DNA of 64,000 bases, taken from an uncultured Bacteroidia bacterium (GTDB taxonomy: Bacteria > Bacteroidota > Bacteroidia > Bacteroidales > CAJPTX01). Where the stretch lies: contig CALHSW010000034.1 of the NCBI GenBank assembly GCA_938038735.1, positions 46,335-110,334 on the forward strand, given 5' to 3'. The first letter of the stretch is position 1. Every line of letters starts with the position of its first letter. Under the pieces are notes generated by a model, which made no database searches, was not told where the DNA came from, and worked only from the letters and a program-made list of their open reading frames with translations. Position numbers and translations under genes: made by a program. Below, piece by piece: positions 37,887 through 47,151 of the stretch.

Positions 37887-38252
37887 CTAGTTGTTACTCG
37901 ACGGCGGGTTCGGAGCGTCGCGATTGTAGTGCGGCATGGAGTCGGGGATGACCATGGAAAGTTCCACAAGTCCCATGACCTCGCCGTTGACGCGCCAAGG
38001 GGTTTGGTAGATGAGTTTCCTCTGCCCCTTTTTCGTTATGGTGTAGACGTTTTTTGCCCCTTTGAAAAGCTGTTCAATAATCGCCTTCGACCGCTCATTG
38101 TGGCATTCACGCACCTGTTTCCCCATCAAGGATTGCGGATGCCCCTTGGCGTTGATTTCCCCTGACTTATCATTGACGAAAATAAAGTTGCCATCTCTGT
38201 CCGTAATGGTGATGGCAACATCGAGTCCGTTGAGAATGGTTTCTAAATCCAT
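37887..38252 (-). CDS. Stand-alone PAS-domain protein
   Basis: ORF 37887..38378 was trimmed to the ATG at 38252 (MDLETILNGLDVAITITDRDGNFIFVNDKS...), which is 26 nt downstream of a minus-strand TACCTTTG box. It has a PAS-like fold pattern and no output domain. Confidence 0.6.
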   Translation of the reverse strand: MDLETILNGLDVAITITDRDGNFIFVNDKSGEINAKGHPQSLMGKQVRECHNERSKAIIEQLFKGAKNVYTITKKGQRKLIYQTPWRVNGEVMGLVELSMVIPDSMPHYNRDAPNPPSSNN

Positions 38253-38277
38253 GCTGTTGCAAGCGTTAACGTTTCTG

Positions 38278-38285
38278 CAAAGGTA
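38278..38285 (-). promoter_or_regulatory. -7 promoter box TACCTTTG (minus strand)
   Basis: The plus strand reads caaaggta, 26 nt upstream of the PAS gene start. Confidence 0.5.
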
Positions 38286-38458
38286 CAAAAGAACGTAGAG
38301 ACGCGCCATTTGCGACAAAGTGTCATGCCTTTGTGGTGGTTTGACAAGAAGGCATACGGTTTGGAGTGAAGCATGCAAACGGTTTATCTAGACTGTTTCG
38401 GCGGAAGAAGAGGTAGGATAAAAGTTGTAACTTAGCGGCGAAAAAAAAGGAAGAAGAT

Positions 38459-41011
38459 ATGGGAATGATGCAATTCAGCGATGAGCTGCGTCGAATAATG
38501 AACAAGACGCATGAGGAGGCTGTTCGTGCGCAGAGCAGAGAAATACTCCCCACCCACTATATGCTCGCGATATTGCACGGTGGGAAGAATAAGGTGAATG
38601 ATTTTTTAGAGGGGGAGGATGTTGATTTACAGCAGTTTGAGGCGTACCTTCTGAAGGATTTACAGAAGGTGAAAGTGTCGGCACGGAGCGGAGATGAAGA
38701 GCTGCCGACATCTAAAGCGGTACGAGATGTACTCGATAGGATGCTGGTGGAGGCGGAGAATTTGGGGAACAAGACGTTGGAGATAATGCATTTGTTCCTT
38801 GCGCTGCTGCAACGTAGAGACGAGGCAACGTATCGTTTTTTTGAGGAGCTGAACTTCGATTGCGAGTTGCTGCGCTCCAAGCTTTTGTATCAGAAGGATT
38901 CGTTTAGCATAGAGGATTTCCTTTCCGATGTTAACGATTGTGCGGGATCGCTATTTGAACAGTCATCCTCCGACTCCGACAGTTCAGGGGAGTACAAGAG
39001 CGAGGAGGGGGAGGATGATGAGGAAGAGTCAGACAAGCGGAGCTTCAATGAGTTCTGCGTCGATTTGACGGCGCTTGCGCGAGAGGGGAAGCTGGATCCC
39101 ATTGTGGGGCGCACCAAGGAGCTAGAGCGCATGACGCAGGTGCTATGCCGTCGGAAGAAGAACAATCCTGTCATTATAGGCGAGCCGGGCGTTGGGAAAA
39201 CGGCCCTGGTTGAGGGGCTAGCGCAACGCATCGTGGAGCAGGACGTGCCAGAGCAGTTGCAATCCAAACGGATACTGATGCTCGACATGAACTCGGTGAT
39301 CGCCGGCACGAAGTATCGTGGGCAGTTTGAGGAGCGTATGAAGAAGATGCTTGACGAGTTGAGCCAGCGTTCCGATACCATACTGTACATTGATGAGCTG
39401 CAATCCATAGTAGGGGCGGGCGCAGCTAGCGGAACGCTTGATGCGGCGAATATACTAAAGCAGCCGTTGGCGCGTGGCGAGTTGCAGTGCATTGGCTCTA
39501 CCACGATAGACGATTACAGAAAACAGATAGAGAGCGATGCTGCCCTGGCGCGCCGTTTCCAAAAGGTGGAGCTCGAGCCGTGCAGCGAAGCGATGACCCT
39601 ACAGATACTGCATCGTTTGCAGCCTCGTTATGAGGAATTCCATAGGGTGCGTTACACGCCAGAGGCTCTCAAGGCCTGCATAACGCTCACGCAGCGCTAC
39701 GTGGGGGAACGTGCATTGCCTGATAAGGCGATAGATGCAATGGATGAGGCGGGGGCGAGGGTGTCGGTGTATCAACGCCCCAGGAGCGAGCGCATGAAGG
39801 TGTTAGGGGAGCTGATGGAGTCGGCCAATGAGGCGTTGGAAAAGTCGAACTCTCTAAATGATACGGAGCAGAGTGAAAGCTTGCAATTGCAGGTTAATGC
39901 ACTTGCGGGGGAGCTTACCAGTGCTAGGGAGGAGTGGCAGGCGCAGCAGCAGGGCAAGTACCTGGACGTCTCAGCTGAGACTGTGGCGGCGGTGGTGTCC
40001 ATGATGACCAGCGTGCCGGTGCAAAGCGTGCAGACCTCGGAGAGCGAGCGATTGCTGCAAATGGAGGATGTGTTTTCAAAGGTGATAGTGGGGCAAGATG
40101 AGGCGGTTGAGGTGATTGCGCGCGCTATACGGCGCAATCGTTCAGGGCTACGCGACCCGAATCGCCCAATAGGCTCTTTCCTCTTTTTAGGGCCTACGGG
40201 GGTCGGTAAAACCTACTTAGCTAAGGTTTTGGCGAAGTACCTCTTTGAAAGCGATAGGAACTTCGTTAGAGTAGACATGAGCGAGTTCCAGGAGAAGAGT
40301 ACCATTTCGAGGCTGCTAGGCACCACGCCGGGGTATGTCGGATATGAAGAGGGAGGACAGTTAACGGAGCAGGTACGTCACCACCCCTACAGCGTTGTCC
40401 TTTTCGATGAGATTGAGAAGGCGGCACCGGAGGTGTACAACGTGCTGCTGCAGCTGCTCGATGATGGGCGGTTGACCGATGGCGGGGGTAGGGTGGTTGA
40501 TTTTAAGAATACAATTATCGTCATGACCTCCAACGTGGGGAGCCGTGCGCTGAGTGAATTCGGGGCAGGGATAGGGTTCTCTACGCCTACCCGCACCAGG
40601 AGTGCTGACGAACGCGAACGTAAATACATAGAGGATGCGCTGAAGCGTCATTTCTCCCCGGAGTTCTTGAACCGTATAGACGAGTTGGTGTTTTTCAACT
40701 CCTTGTCGGAAAAGGACATGGAGAAGGTGTTGGCAATAGAGTTTGAGAAGATACGCGAACGGTTGGGTAAGTTGGGGGTGCAGGTAAGCATGACGGCCGC
40801 GGCGTTGGCCTACGTGGCGAAGGAAGGGTACGACCCAAAGTACGGGGCGCGGCCGCTGCGCAGGGCGTTGCAGCGCAACGTGGAGGATTTACTGGCCGAC
40901 GCGTTACTACGTAAGAACGTACAGGGCGATGTCGTTATTGACTACAAGGAGGGGAAGGGGACGTACATCAAACCGCGTAGGGCCGTGCGAAGACTCGAGG
41001 CGCAGTGTTAG
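38459..41011 (+). CDS. clpC: Clp/Hsp100 AAA+ unfoldase, ClpC-type
   Basis: 850 aa with Clp_N repeats. The two Walker A motifs are GEPGVGKTALVEGLAQRI and FLGPTGVGKTYLAKVLA. The middle domain is short (about 75 aa). A ClpP-docking IGF loop is present (GAGIGFS). Confidence 0.88.
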   Translation: MGMMQFSDELRRIMNKTHEEAVRAQSREILPTHYMLAILHGGKNKVNDFLEGEDVDLQQFEAYLLKDLQKVKVSARSGDEELPTSKAVRDVLDRMLVEAENLGNKTLEIMHLFLALLQRRDEATYRFFEELNFDCELLRSKLLYQKDSFSIEDFLSDVNDCAGSLFEQSSSDSDSSGEYKSEEGEDDEEESDKRSFNEFCVDLTALAREGKLDPIVGRTKELERMTQVLCRRKKNNPVIIGEPGVGKTALVEGLAQRIVEQDVPEQLQSKRILMLDMNSVIAGTKYRGQFEERMKKMLDELSQRSDTILYIDELQSIVGAGAASGTLDAANILKQPLARGELQCIGSTTIDDYRKQIESDAALARRFQKVELEPCSEAMTLQILHRLQPRYEEFHRVRYTPEALKACITLTQRYVGERALPDKAIDAMDEAGARVSVYQRPRSERMKVLGELMESANEALEKSNSLNDTEQSESLQLQVNALAGELTSAREEWQAQQQGKYLDVSAETVAAVVSMMTSVPVQSVQTSESERLLQMEDVFSKVIVGQDEAVEVIARAIRRNRSGLRDPNRPIGSFLFLGPTGVGKTYLAKVLAKYLFESDRNFVRVDMSEFQEKSTISRLLGTTPGYVGYEEGGQLTEQVRHHPYSVVLFDEIEKAAPEVYNVLLQLLDDGRLTDGGGRVVDFKNTIIVMTSNVGSRALSEFGAGIGFSTPTRTRSADERERKYIEDALKRHFSPEFLNRIDELVFFNSLSEKDMEKVLAIEFEKIRERLGKLGVQVSMTAAALAYVAKEGYDPKYGARPLRRALQRNVEDLLADALLRKNVQGDVVIDYKEGKGTYIKPRRAVRRLEAQC

Positions 41012-41102
41012 GCACGCTACCTCTGAGTGAACAAGAGCCGTAGTCAATGCGTTCTGTGGGGAGAAGTGTAGGAAGAGAACAATTAAAAAAGGAGAAGAAG
41101 GT

Positions 41103-41609
41103 ATGGGACATTCAGTGAAGTTCGGTGGCAACCCGGTCAATTTGTTGGGCAAAGAGGTGAAGGTTGGCGACAAGGGGCAAGATTTCACGTGCGTAGGGCA
41201 GGATTTGGGGAACGTTAAGCTGTCGCAGTTTGATGGTAAGGTGAAGATAATCAGTGTTTTCCCATCAATTGATACGCCGGTGTGCTCGCTACAGGCTAAG
41301 CGGTTCAATCAGGAGGCCGACAAGCTGGGCGGCAAGGCAGTGATTATCGCGGTGTCGAACGATTTGCCCTTTGCGCAGGCTCGCTATTGCGGTGCTGAGG
41401 GTATTAAGAACATAGTAATGGCGTCAGACCATCGCGATTTGGACTTCTCCATGAAGTATGGCTTCGTGCTGGAAGGGCTTCGCCTGTTGGCGCGCGGCGT
41501 GGTGGTGCTCGATGCGAACAACGTGGTGAAGTACGTGGAGTACGTGCCCGAGGTGACGCATGAGCCGGATTACGACAAGGCATTGCAGGCTGTCAAGGCG
41601 TTGCTATAG
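41103..41609 (+). CDS. tpx: Thiol peroxidase (atypical 2-Cys peroxiredoxin)
   Basis: 168 aa. ISVFPSIDTPVCSLQAKRFN contains the peroxidatic Cys. Confidence 0.93.
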   Translation: MGHSVKFGGNPVNLLGKEVKVGDKGQDFTCVGQDLGNVKLSQFDGKVKIISVFPSIDTPVCSLQAKRFNQEADKLGGKAVIIAVSNDLPFAQARYCGAEGIKNIVMASDHRDLDFSMKYGFVLEGLRLLARGVVVLDANNVVKYVEYVPEVTHEPDYDKALQAVKALL

Positions 41610-41634
41610 GTAGTAGAGGTAACAGAAGGTAGAT

Positions 41635-42381
41635 ATGGGTTTGTTAGAGGGAAAGGTGGCCCTGATTACGGGTGCTGCAAGGGGGATAGGCAAGTCAATA
41701 GCCATGGCGTACGCTCGTGAGGGTGCCAATGTGGCCTTCACGGACATCGTGGCGAATGACACGTTCAAGGCGACTGAAAAAGAGTTGCAGGCACTCGGCG
41801 TGAAGGCCAAAGGGTACGTCTCAGACGCAAGCGATTTCGCCTCGGCTGAGAAGGTGGTTGAAGAGGTGGCGAACGATTTTGGTCGTATTGACATCCTGGT
41901 CAACAATGCGGGGATCACGCGTGACACGCTGCTGATGCGTATGACGGAGGAGCAGTGGGACTTGGTGCTGAAGGTTAATCTAAAGTCGGCGTTCTGCATG
42001 ACGAAGGCGGTGCAGAAGCCCATGATAAAGCAGCGTTGCGGCTCGATTATCAATATGAGTTCGGTGGTGGGGGTGTCGGGCAATGCGGGGCAGGCTAACT
42101 ACTCCGCCTCGAAGGCTGGAATGATTGGGTTTACCAAGTCAATTGCGAAGGAGCTGGGATCGCGCAACATACGGAGCAATGCCATTGCGCCGGGCTTTAT
42201 CATCACCGATATGACGGCGCAGCTGTCAGACGAGGTGCGTAAGTCATGGGAGCAGCAGATCCCGCTACGTAGGGGCGGCACGCCCGACGATGTGGCAAAT
42301 GTGGCGGTATTCCTAGCATCGGACCTATCATCTTATGTGAGTGGCCAGGTGATTAACGTGTGCGGCGGCATGAACACATGA
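41635..42381 (+). CDS. fabG: 3-oxoacyl-[ACP] reductase (SDR)
   Basis: 248 aa. It has ALITGAARGIGKSIA (TGxxxGIG) and NYSASKAGMIGFTKSIAKE (YxxxK). Confidence 0.92.
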   Translation: MGLLEGKVALITGAARGIGKSIAMAYAREGANVAFTDIVANDTFKATEKELQALGVKAKGYVSDASDFASAEKVVEEVANDFGRIDILVNNAGITRDTLLMRMTEEQWDLVLKVNLKSAFCMTKAVQKPMIKQRCGSIINMSSVVGVSGNAGQANYSASKAGMIGFTKSIAKELGSRNIRSNAIAPGFIITDMTAQLSDEVRKSWEQQIPLRRGGTPDDVANVAVFLASDLSSYVSGQVINVCGGMNT

Positions 42382-42408
42382 TCGGCTGGTGAGGCTGAGA
42401 GAACTACG

Positions 42409-42447
42409 CTGCGGCGGCTTCCTGCGGGAAGCTGCCGTAGTTTTTTT
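42409..42447 (+). terminator. Rho-independent terminator after fabG
   Basis: ctgcggcggcttcc-tgcg-ggaagctgccgtag forms a 14-bp stem including 2 G-U pairs, followed by ttttttt. Confidence 0.85.
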
Positions 42448-42665
42448 AGGCCGTTGCGGCATTCGTGGAGCGCATTGGCATCCGTTACGGGGAGATGCTT
42501 GATAGCTACTTCTTTTCACAACATTCTCTATTTGTGCGTTTTTAAGGCTCCGGGTGGCATAAAATAGATGATATTTGGTAAATTCGCGGCGTGGTGGATG
42601 GGGGGGTGGGGCAAGATTTATGGGGGTGCGGGATAGATGGAGAATGCATAAAGAGGCAAAACGAC

Positions 42666-43604
42666 ATGCTGGGCTGGTTTAATAAAAAACGGAAGGACAC
42701 GCTCGACCAGGGGTTGAGCAAAACGCGTACGAGCCTATTTTCAAAAATTTCAAAGCTCTTCGGGCTGCGCAAGAGTGTGGATGAGGAGTTCTTGGACAAC
42801 CTTGAGGAGGTTCTTGTGGGGGCAGATGTAGGGGTTGAAACCACGATACGTATCATCGATGGCGTTGAGGCCAAGGTGAAGGGCGGCGCGCCGGCCTCAA
42901 CCGAAGAGGACCTACACAAAGTGCTGCACGAAGTGGTGAAGGATTTGCTTTCTGTGAGCCCCGCTAAGCCTATAGGAGAGCCGATACCAGGAACCCCGTA
43001 CGTGGTGCTGGTGGTGGGGGTGAATGGCGTGGGGAAAACCACCACGATAGGGAAGCTCGCCTACCTCTACAAAGAAATGGGCAAAACGGTGATGCTGGGC
43101 GCGGCAGATACGTTCAGGGCGGCGGCCATAGATCAGTTGACCGTGTGGTCAGAGCGGGTGGGCGTGCCCATTGTGAAGCAGAAGATGGGGGCAGACCCCG
43201 CCTCCGTGGCCTACGACACGGTGGCCGCTGCCATGGCGCAAGGGACTGACGTGGTGCTAATAGACACCGCGGGGCGGCTGCACAACAAAGTGAACCTCAT
43301 GAACGAGCTGGGGAAAATCCGCCGGGTGATGCAGAAACTGCTGCCCGATGCCCCCCAGGAGGTGCTCCTCGTGCTGGATGGAAGCACCGGCCAGAATGCG
43401 TACGAGCAGGCGAAGCAGTTCGTGAGCGTCACCGAGGTGAACGCCTTGGCGTTAACCAAGCTAGACGGCACCGCCAAGGGCGGCGTGGCTATCGGAATTA
43501 CAGACCAGCTGCAGATACCCATAAAGTACATCGGCGTGGGGGAGCAAAAGGAGGATTTGCAGTTCTTTGATAAGGACGCATTCGTAGACTCACTTTTCTT
43601 GTAG
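42666..43604 (+). CDS. ftsY: Signal recognition particle receptor FtsY
   Basis: ORF 42591 was trimmed to the ATG at 42666 (MLGWFNKKRKDTLDQGLSKTRTSLFSKI). The SRP-GTPase motifs VVGVNGVGKTTTIGKLA, LIDTAGRLHNK and TKLDGTAKGG are present. Confidence 0.94.
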   Translation: MLGWFNKKRKDTLDQGLSKTRTSLFSKISKLFGLRKSVDEEFLDNLEEVLVGADVGVETTIRIIDGVEAKVKGGAPASTEEDLHKVLHEVVKDLLSVSPAKPIGEPIPGTPYVVLVVGVNGVGKTTTIGKLAYLYKEMGKTVMLGAADTFRAAAIDQLTVWSERVGVPIVKQKMGADPASVAYDTVAAAMAQGTDVVLIDTAGRLHNKVNLMNELGKIRRVMQKLLPDAPQEVLLVLDGSTGQNAYEQAKQFVSVTEVNALALTKLDGTAKGGVAIGITDQLQIPIKYIGVGEQKEDLQFFDKDAFVDSLFL

Positions 43605-43612
43605 AGGTATTC

Positions 43613-44935
43613 ATGGAGAAGAGCGATGGGCGGTCGGCTGTATTGGTAACGTTGGGGTGTTCCAAAAACACGGTTGACAGTGAGCGACTGGGTGGGGCAT
43701 TGGCTGCAGCGGGATGGCGAGTGCGCTACGATGAGGAGCCAACGGCGAAGGATGTGCTTATTCTTAATACGTGTGGCTTTATAGGGGATGCCAAGGAGGA
43801 GTCGGTGGGCTACATCCTCCGGGCGGAGGCGATGCTGCGGCAAAAAGCCGTGCGCGATGTGGTGGTGATGGGCTGCCTCTCGGAGCGCTACAAAGGGGAG
43901 TTGCGGCGAGAGGTGCCGGGCATTGCGCATTGGTATGGGGTGCGCGATGCCGATGAGTTGCTCGCAATGTTAGGCGTGCCGCGTCCATTAGAGACTGCCC
44001 AGCGTAGGTTGCCCTCCACCCCACAGCATTATGCGTATTTGAAGATTGCGGAGGGGTGCAATCGGGGGTGCAGCTTCTGCGCCATACCGAGCATCCGGGG
44101 ACGTTACCAATCGTTGAGCCAGGCGCAGCTGGTGCGGGAGGCGGAGCAGCTCGCAGCGGGCGGCGTGAAGGAACTCATGCTGATAGCGCAGGAGCTGACT
44201 AGCTACGGCCAGGATCTGCATGATTCGGAGGGTTTAGCGGGACTTCTTTGGAAGCTGAGCGAGGTGAAGGGCATTGAGTGGCTACGCCTGCACTACGCTT
44301 ACCCCACGGGATTCCAGGAGGGAGTGCTAGAATGGATGCGGAGCTGCGAGAAGGCGTGTCGTTACTTGGATATCCCGGTGCAGCATGTATCCGATGCGGT
44401 GCTGCGGAGTATGAATCGGCATCACGATGCGGCGGCCACAAGGGCGTTGATGCGGCGGTTGCGAGAGGAGGTGCCTGGCGTAACTCTGCGCACCAGTCTC
44501 ATTGTGGGGTTTCCTACGGAGGGTGAGAAGGAGTTTGAGGAGCTGTTGTCATTTGTAAGGGAGTCGGAGTTTGACCATCTAGGCGTTTTTGCCTACTCCG
44601 AGGAGGAGGGTACGGCCGCGGCTGCAAGGTTTGAGGACGTTATTCCTGCCGAAGAGAAGCAGCGTCGCCTGGAGGCGGTAATGGAGACGCAACGCCCCAT
44701 TGCGGCGCGCCGTAAGGCACGGCACGTAGGGCAAACGCTGCGTGTTATTGTGGATGAGTTGCATGGAGAGGGCGAGGCGCAGGGGCGCACGGAGTTTGAT
44801 AGTCCAGAGGTAGATGGTGAGGTGCTGGTGCGCGGGGTGAATGGAGCTGCGCGGCCGGGTGATTTTATAGAGGTGCAGATTACGGGAGTGGATGATTACG
44901 ATTTGTTGGGGCGAATGGTGGTTAAAGGAGCGTGA
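43613..44935 (+). CDS. rimO: Ribosomal protein S12 methylthiotransferase RimO
   Basis: 440 aa. It has the UPF0004 N-domain LGCSKNTVDSE, the radical-SAM motif IAEGCNRGCSFCAIP and a C-terminal TRAM domain. Confidence 0.92.
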   Translation: MEKSDGRSAVLVTLGCSKNTVDSERLGGALAAAGWRVRYDEEPTAKDVLILNTCGFIGDAKEESVGYILRAEAMLRQKAVRDVVVMGCLSERYKGELRREVPGIAHWYGVRDADELLAMLGVPRPLETAQRRLPSTPQHYAYLKIAEGCNRGCSFCAIPSIRGRYQSLSQAQLVREAEQLAAGGVKELMLIAQELTSYGQDLHDSEGLAGLLWKLSEVKGIEWLRLHYAYPTGFQEGVLEWMRSCEKACRYLDIPVQHVSDAVLRSMNRHHDAAATRALMRRLREEVPGVTLRTSLIVGFPTEGEKEFEELLSFVRESEFDHLGVFAYSEEEGTAAAARFEDVIPAEEKQRRLEAVMETQRPIAARRKARHVGQTLRVIVDELHGEGEAQGRTEFDSPEVDGEVLVRGVNGAARPGDFIEVQITGVDDYDLLGRMVVKGA

Positions 44936-44979
44936 CGAATCCTTACGAAAAGCGGTGATTTCGAACTGTTGAGGCTGAA

Positions 44980-47151
44980 GTGTCGTTAGGAGATGTAAAG
45001 AGACGGGGTGTAGGGGTGCTGTGCGTGTTGCTGGTGTGCCTGGCAGGGGGCATCGGCTGTTCGCACCCTCGGGGTGAGGCCGTAGTTGTGGGGCAGGACA
45101 GCGTGAAGGGAGGCGATCCTGAATGCGTAGCAGTGGATTCTGCGGCGCTGCGAGAGGGCGGTGTGCCGGCTGCGAACGCTCAAGATGTCGTTGCAAGGAT
45201 TGATACATTGTGGAATCGTGCGGATCGTGCGCTTGATTCTCTGCGTTTCCGCGAGGCTATGCAAGAGTTGGATGAGCTGGGGGAGTTGCTGCTTGCGAAG
45301 GGAGACTCAGCCGATTTAGTAAAATATTTTGCTTGGCGCGGTGATACCTACTATTCACTCGGCGAAACCACGAATGCGTTGCGTGCATTTCGAACGGCTT
45401 TAACCTTTCGGACGAATAATCCGCAGTGGGAGCTGTTCTCGGCGTACGTTAATTCGGGGGTCATATACGGCGAGTTTCGTTACGATACCGAGGCGTTGAA
45501 GAATTTCCAAAAGGCGGATAGTGTGCTGCGGGTGCGTGGAAATAGCAACGGACGCAGCTACTTGCTTTGCAACATGTCGGATATTTATCTGCGCGATGGG
45601 CATTACGAGGAGGCCCTGTACGCCTGCTACGATGCGCAGCTAAGTTTACGGAAACGATATGTAGACCTCGTGGCGTTGATCCATGTGCAGATGGCGCGTG
45701 TCTACGCAAAGATGGGGCGGACAGACTTGGTGAAAGCGCACTCGGATTTTGTTTTAAACTATGTAGCGACGCGGGGAAACGATCGGCTTTGGCAAGAGGT
45801 TTACGTTAAGATGGCTAGCGCATGGCAGGATTGTGGCGACGACGAACAGACTGAGTTCTTATTGATGGCGGAGCGGGCGTTGCGTATCTCCAATCCGAGC
45901 GAGCTGGTGTACCGATTGCTGCTCAAAACCACGGCAAAGCAGTTGGAAAGGGCTGGCGATTATGCCGGGGCCGAGCGGGCTGTTGATGGGTATTTACGGT
46001 ATGATGATAGCACCCGGCGATTGCTAGCCCAGGTGGATTTCGCCGAGGTGGCCACTGCCGATGCGATATTCTTAATGCATGCAGAGCAGCAGCGGCAGCT
46101 AGAGCGGCTGGAGCAGGAGCGGTTGGCTCGGCGCGGTGTGTATCGGTGGGTAGCATTGTTTATGGCAGGGCTTTTCACGCTGCTTGTGGCTATTGGCCTA
46201 ACCATGCAGGCGGTGCGCGAACAGCGTATTCAAGCTGTGACCAGCATACGGGCGGTGGCCGATAGGCTAACCGTGGTGAACGCCAGCGTGGAGCATAGGC
46301 AGATGCAATTGGTGCAGCAGCAGGAAGAGATAGGGCAGCAGAGGGTCATGTTGGAACAAACGCAACGCATGCTGCGCCACGTCGGGAAGGAGCTACGGGG
46401 CGACCTGCGCTACGTATCGAACCTACAGCAAACGCTTCTCCCATCGGAGGAAAAGCTGCGTAGCATTCTGGGGGAGACCTTTGTGCTCTACCTGCCCCGC
46501 GATGTGGTCTCAGGAGATTTTTACAGCTGCGCTGAGGTGGGTGACGCTAAGGTGTTGGCAGTATTCGACTGCGCGGGGCATGGCATTGCGGGGGCATTGA
46601 TGAGTATTATTGGAAACATCTTGATGCGAACCGTTCTGCAGGAGGAGTCCAATCCCGACCCCGCGGTAATCCTGACGAAGCTACATCGGTTGGTGCAGCA
46701 GTATCTGCACGATGACCGCGATAGCCTTGTGAGCTTCTACACAATGGATGTCAGCGTAGCGGTTTGGCATGCCCAGGAGCGGCGCCTAGTGCTGAGCAGT
46801 GCCTGTCGCACTGCGTATCTTTACACAGAAGGGCAGTTGCATGCCTATCGCGGGGTCTTGATGAGCGTTGGCAGTACGTTGGTGCATCGGACGTACGTGA
46901 ACGATGAAATCGTTCTATCTGCCCCCGCCACGCTATACTTGTGTAGCGATGGGTATGCGGATCAGCTGGATAAAAACAATCGTAAGTACGGCAGAGTCCA
47001 TTTTGAAAAGTTGCTCTCTAGCGGTGCGGGGCATTCCATGCAGCAGCAGCTATCGGTTCTGCGCCGCGAGTTTGATAGCTATAGGGTAGGAGCTCTCCAA
47101 ACGGACGATGTGTGCGTGTTGGGCGTGAGATTGGAGGAGGGATGGGCATGA
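44980..47151 (+). CDS. Lipobox-TPR-TM-coiled coil-SpoIIE/PP2C phosphatase, paralogue 1
   Basis: 723 aa with a GTG start and lipobox LAGGIGCS. It has TPR-like helical repeats, the TM segment VYRWVALFMAGLFTLLVAIGLTM and a Q/E-rich coiled coil. The PP2C motifs are VSGDFYSCAEVGDAKVLAVFDCAGHGIAGALMS, LCSDGYADQL and TDDVCVLGVRL. Confidence 0.85.
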   Translation: MSLGDVKRRGVGVLCVLLVCLAGGIGCSHPRGEAVVVGQDSVKGGDPECVAVDSAALREGGVPAANAQDVVARIDTLWNRADRALDSLRFREAMQELDELGELLLAKGDSADLVKYFAWRGDTYYSLGETTNALRAFRTALTFRTNNPQWELFSAYVNSGVIYGEFRYDTEALKNFQKADSVLRVRGNSNGRSYLLCNMSDIYLRDGHYEEALYACYDAQLSLRKRYVDLVALIHVQMARVYAKMGRTDLVKAHSDFVLNYVATRGNDRLWQEVYVKMASAWQDCGDDEQTEFLLMAERALRISNPSELVYRLLLKTTAKQLERAGDYAGAERAVDGYLRYDDSTRRLLAQVDFAEVATADAIFLMHAEQQRQLERLEQERLARRGVYRWVALFMAGLFTLLVAIGLTMQAVREQRIQAVTSIRAVADRLTVVNASVEHRQMQLVQQQEEIGQQRVMLEQTQRMLRHVGKELRGDLRYVSNLQQTLLPSEEKLRSILGETFVLYLPRDVVSGDFYSCAEVGDAKVLAVFDCAGHGIAGALMSIIGNILMRTVLQEESNPDPAVILTKLHRLVQQYLHDDRDSLVSFYTMDVSVAVWHAQERRLVLSSACRTAYLYTEGQLHAYRGVLMSVGSTLVHRTYVNDEIVLSAPATLYLCSDGYADQLDKNNRKYGRVHFEKLLSSGAGHSMQQQLSVLRREFDSYRVGALQTDDVCVLGVRLEEGWA

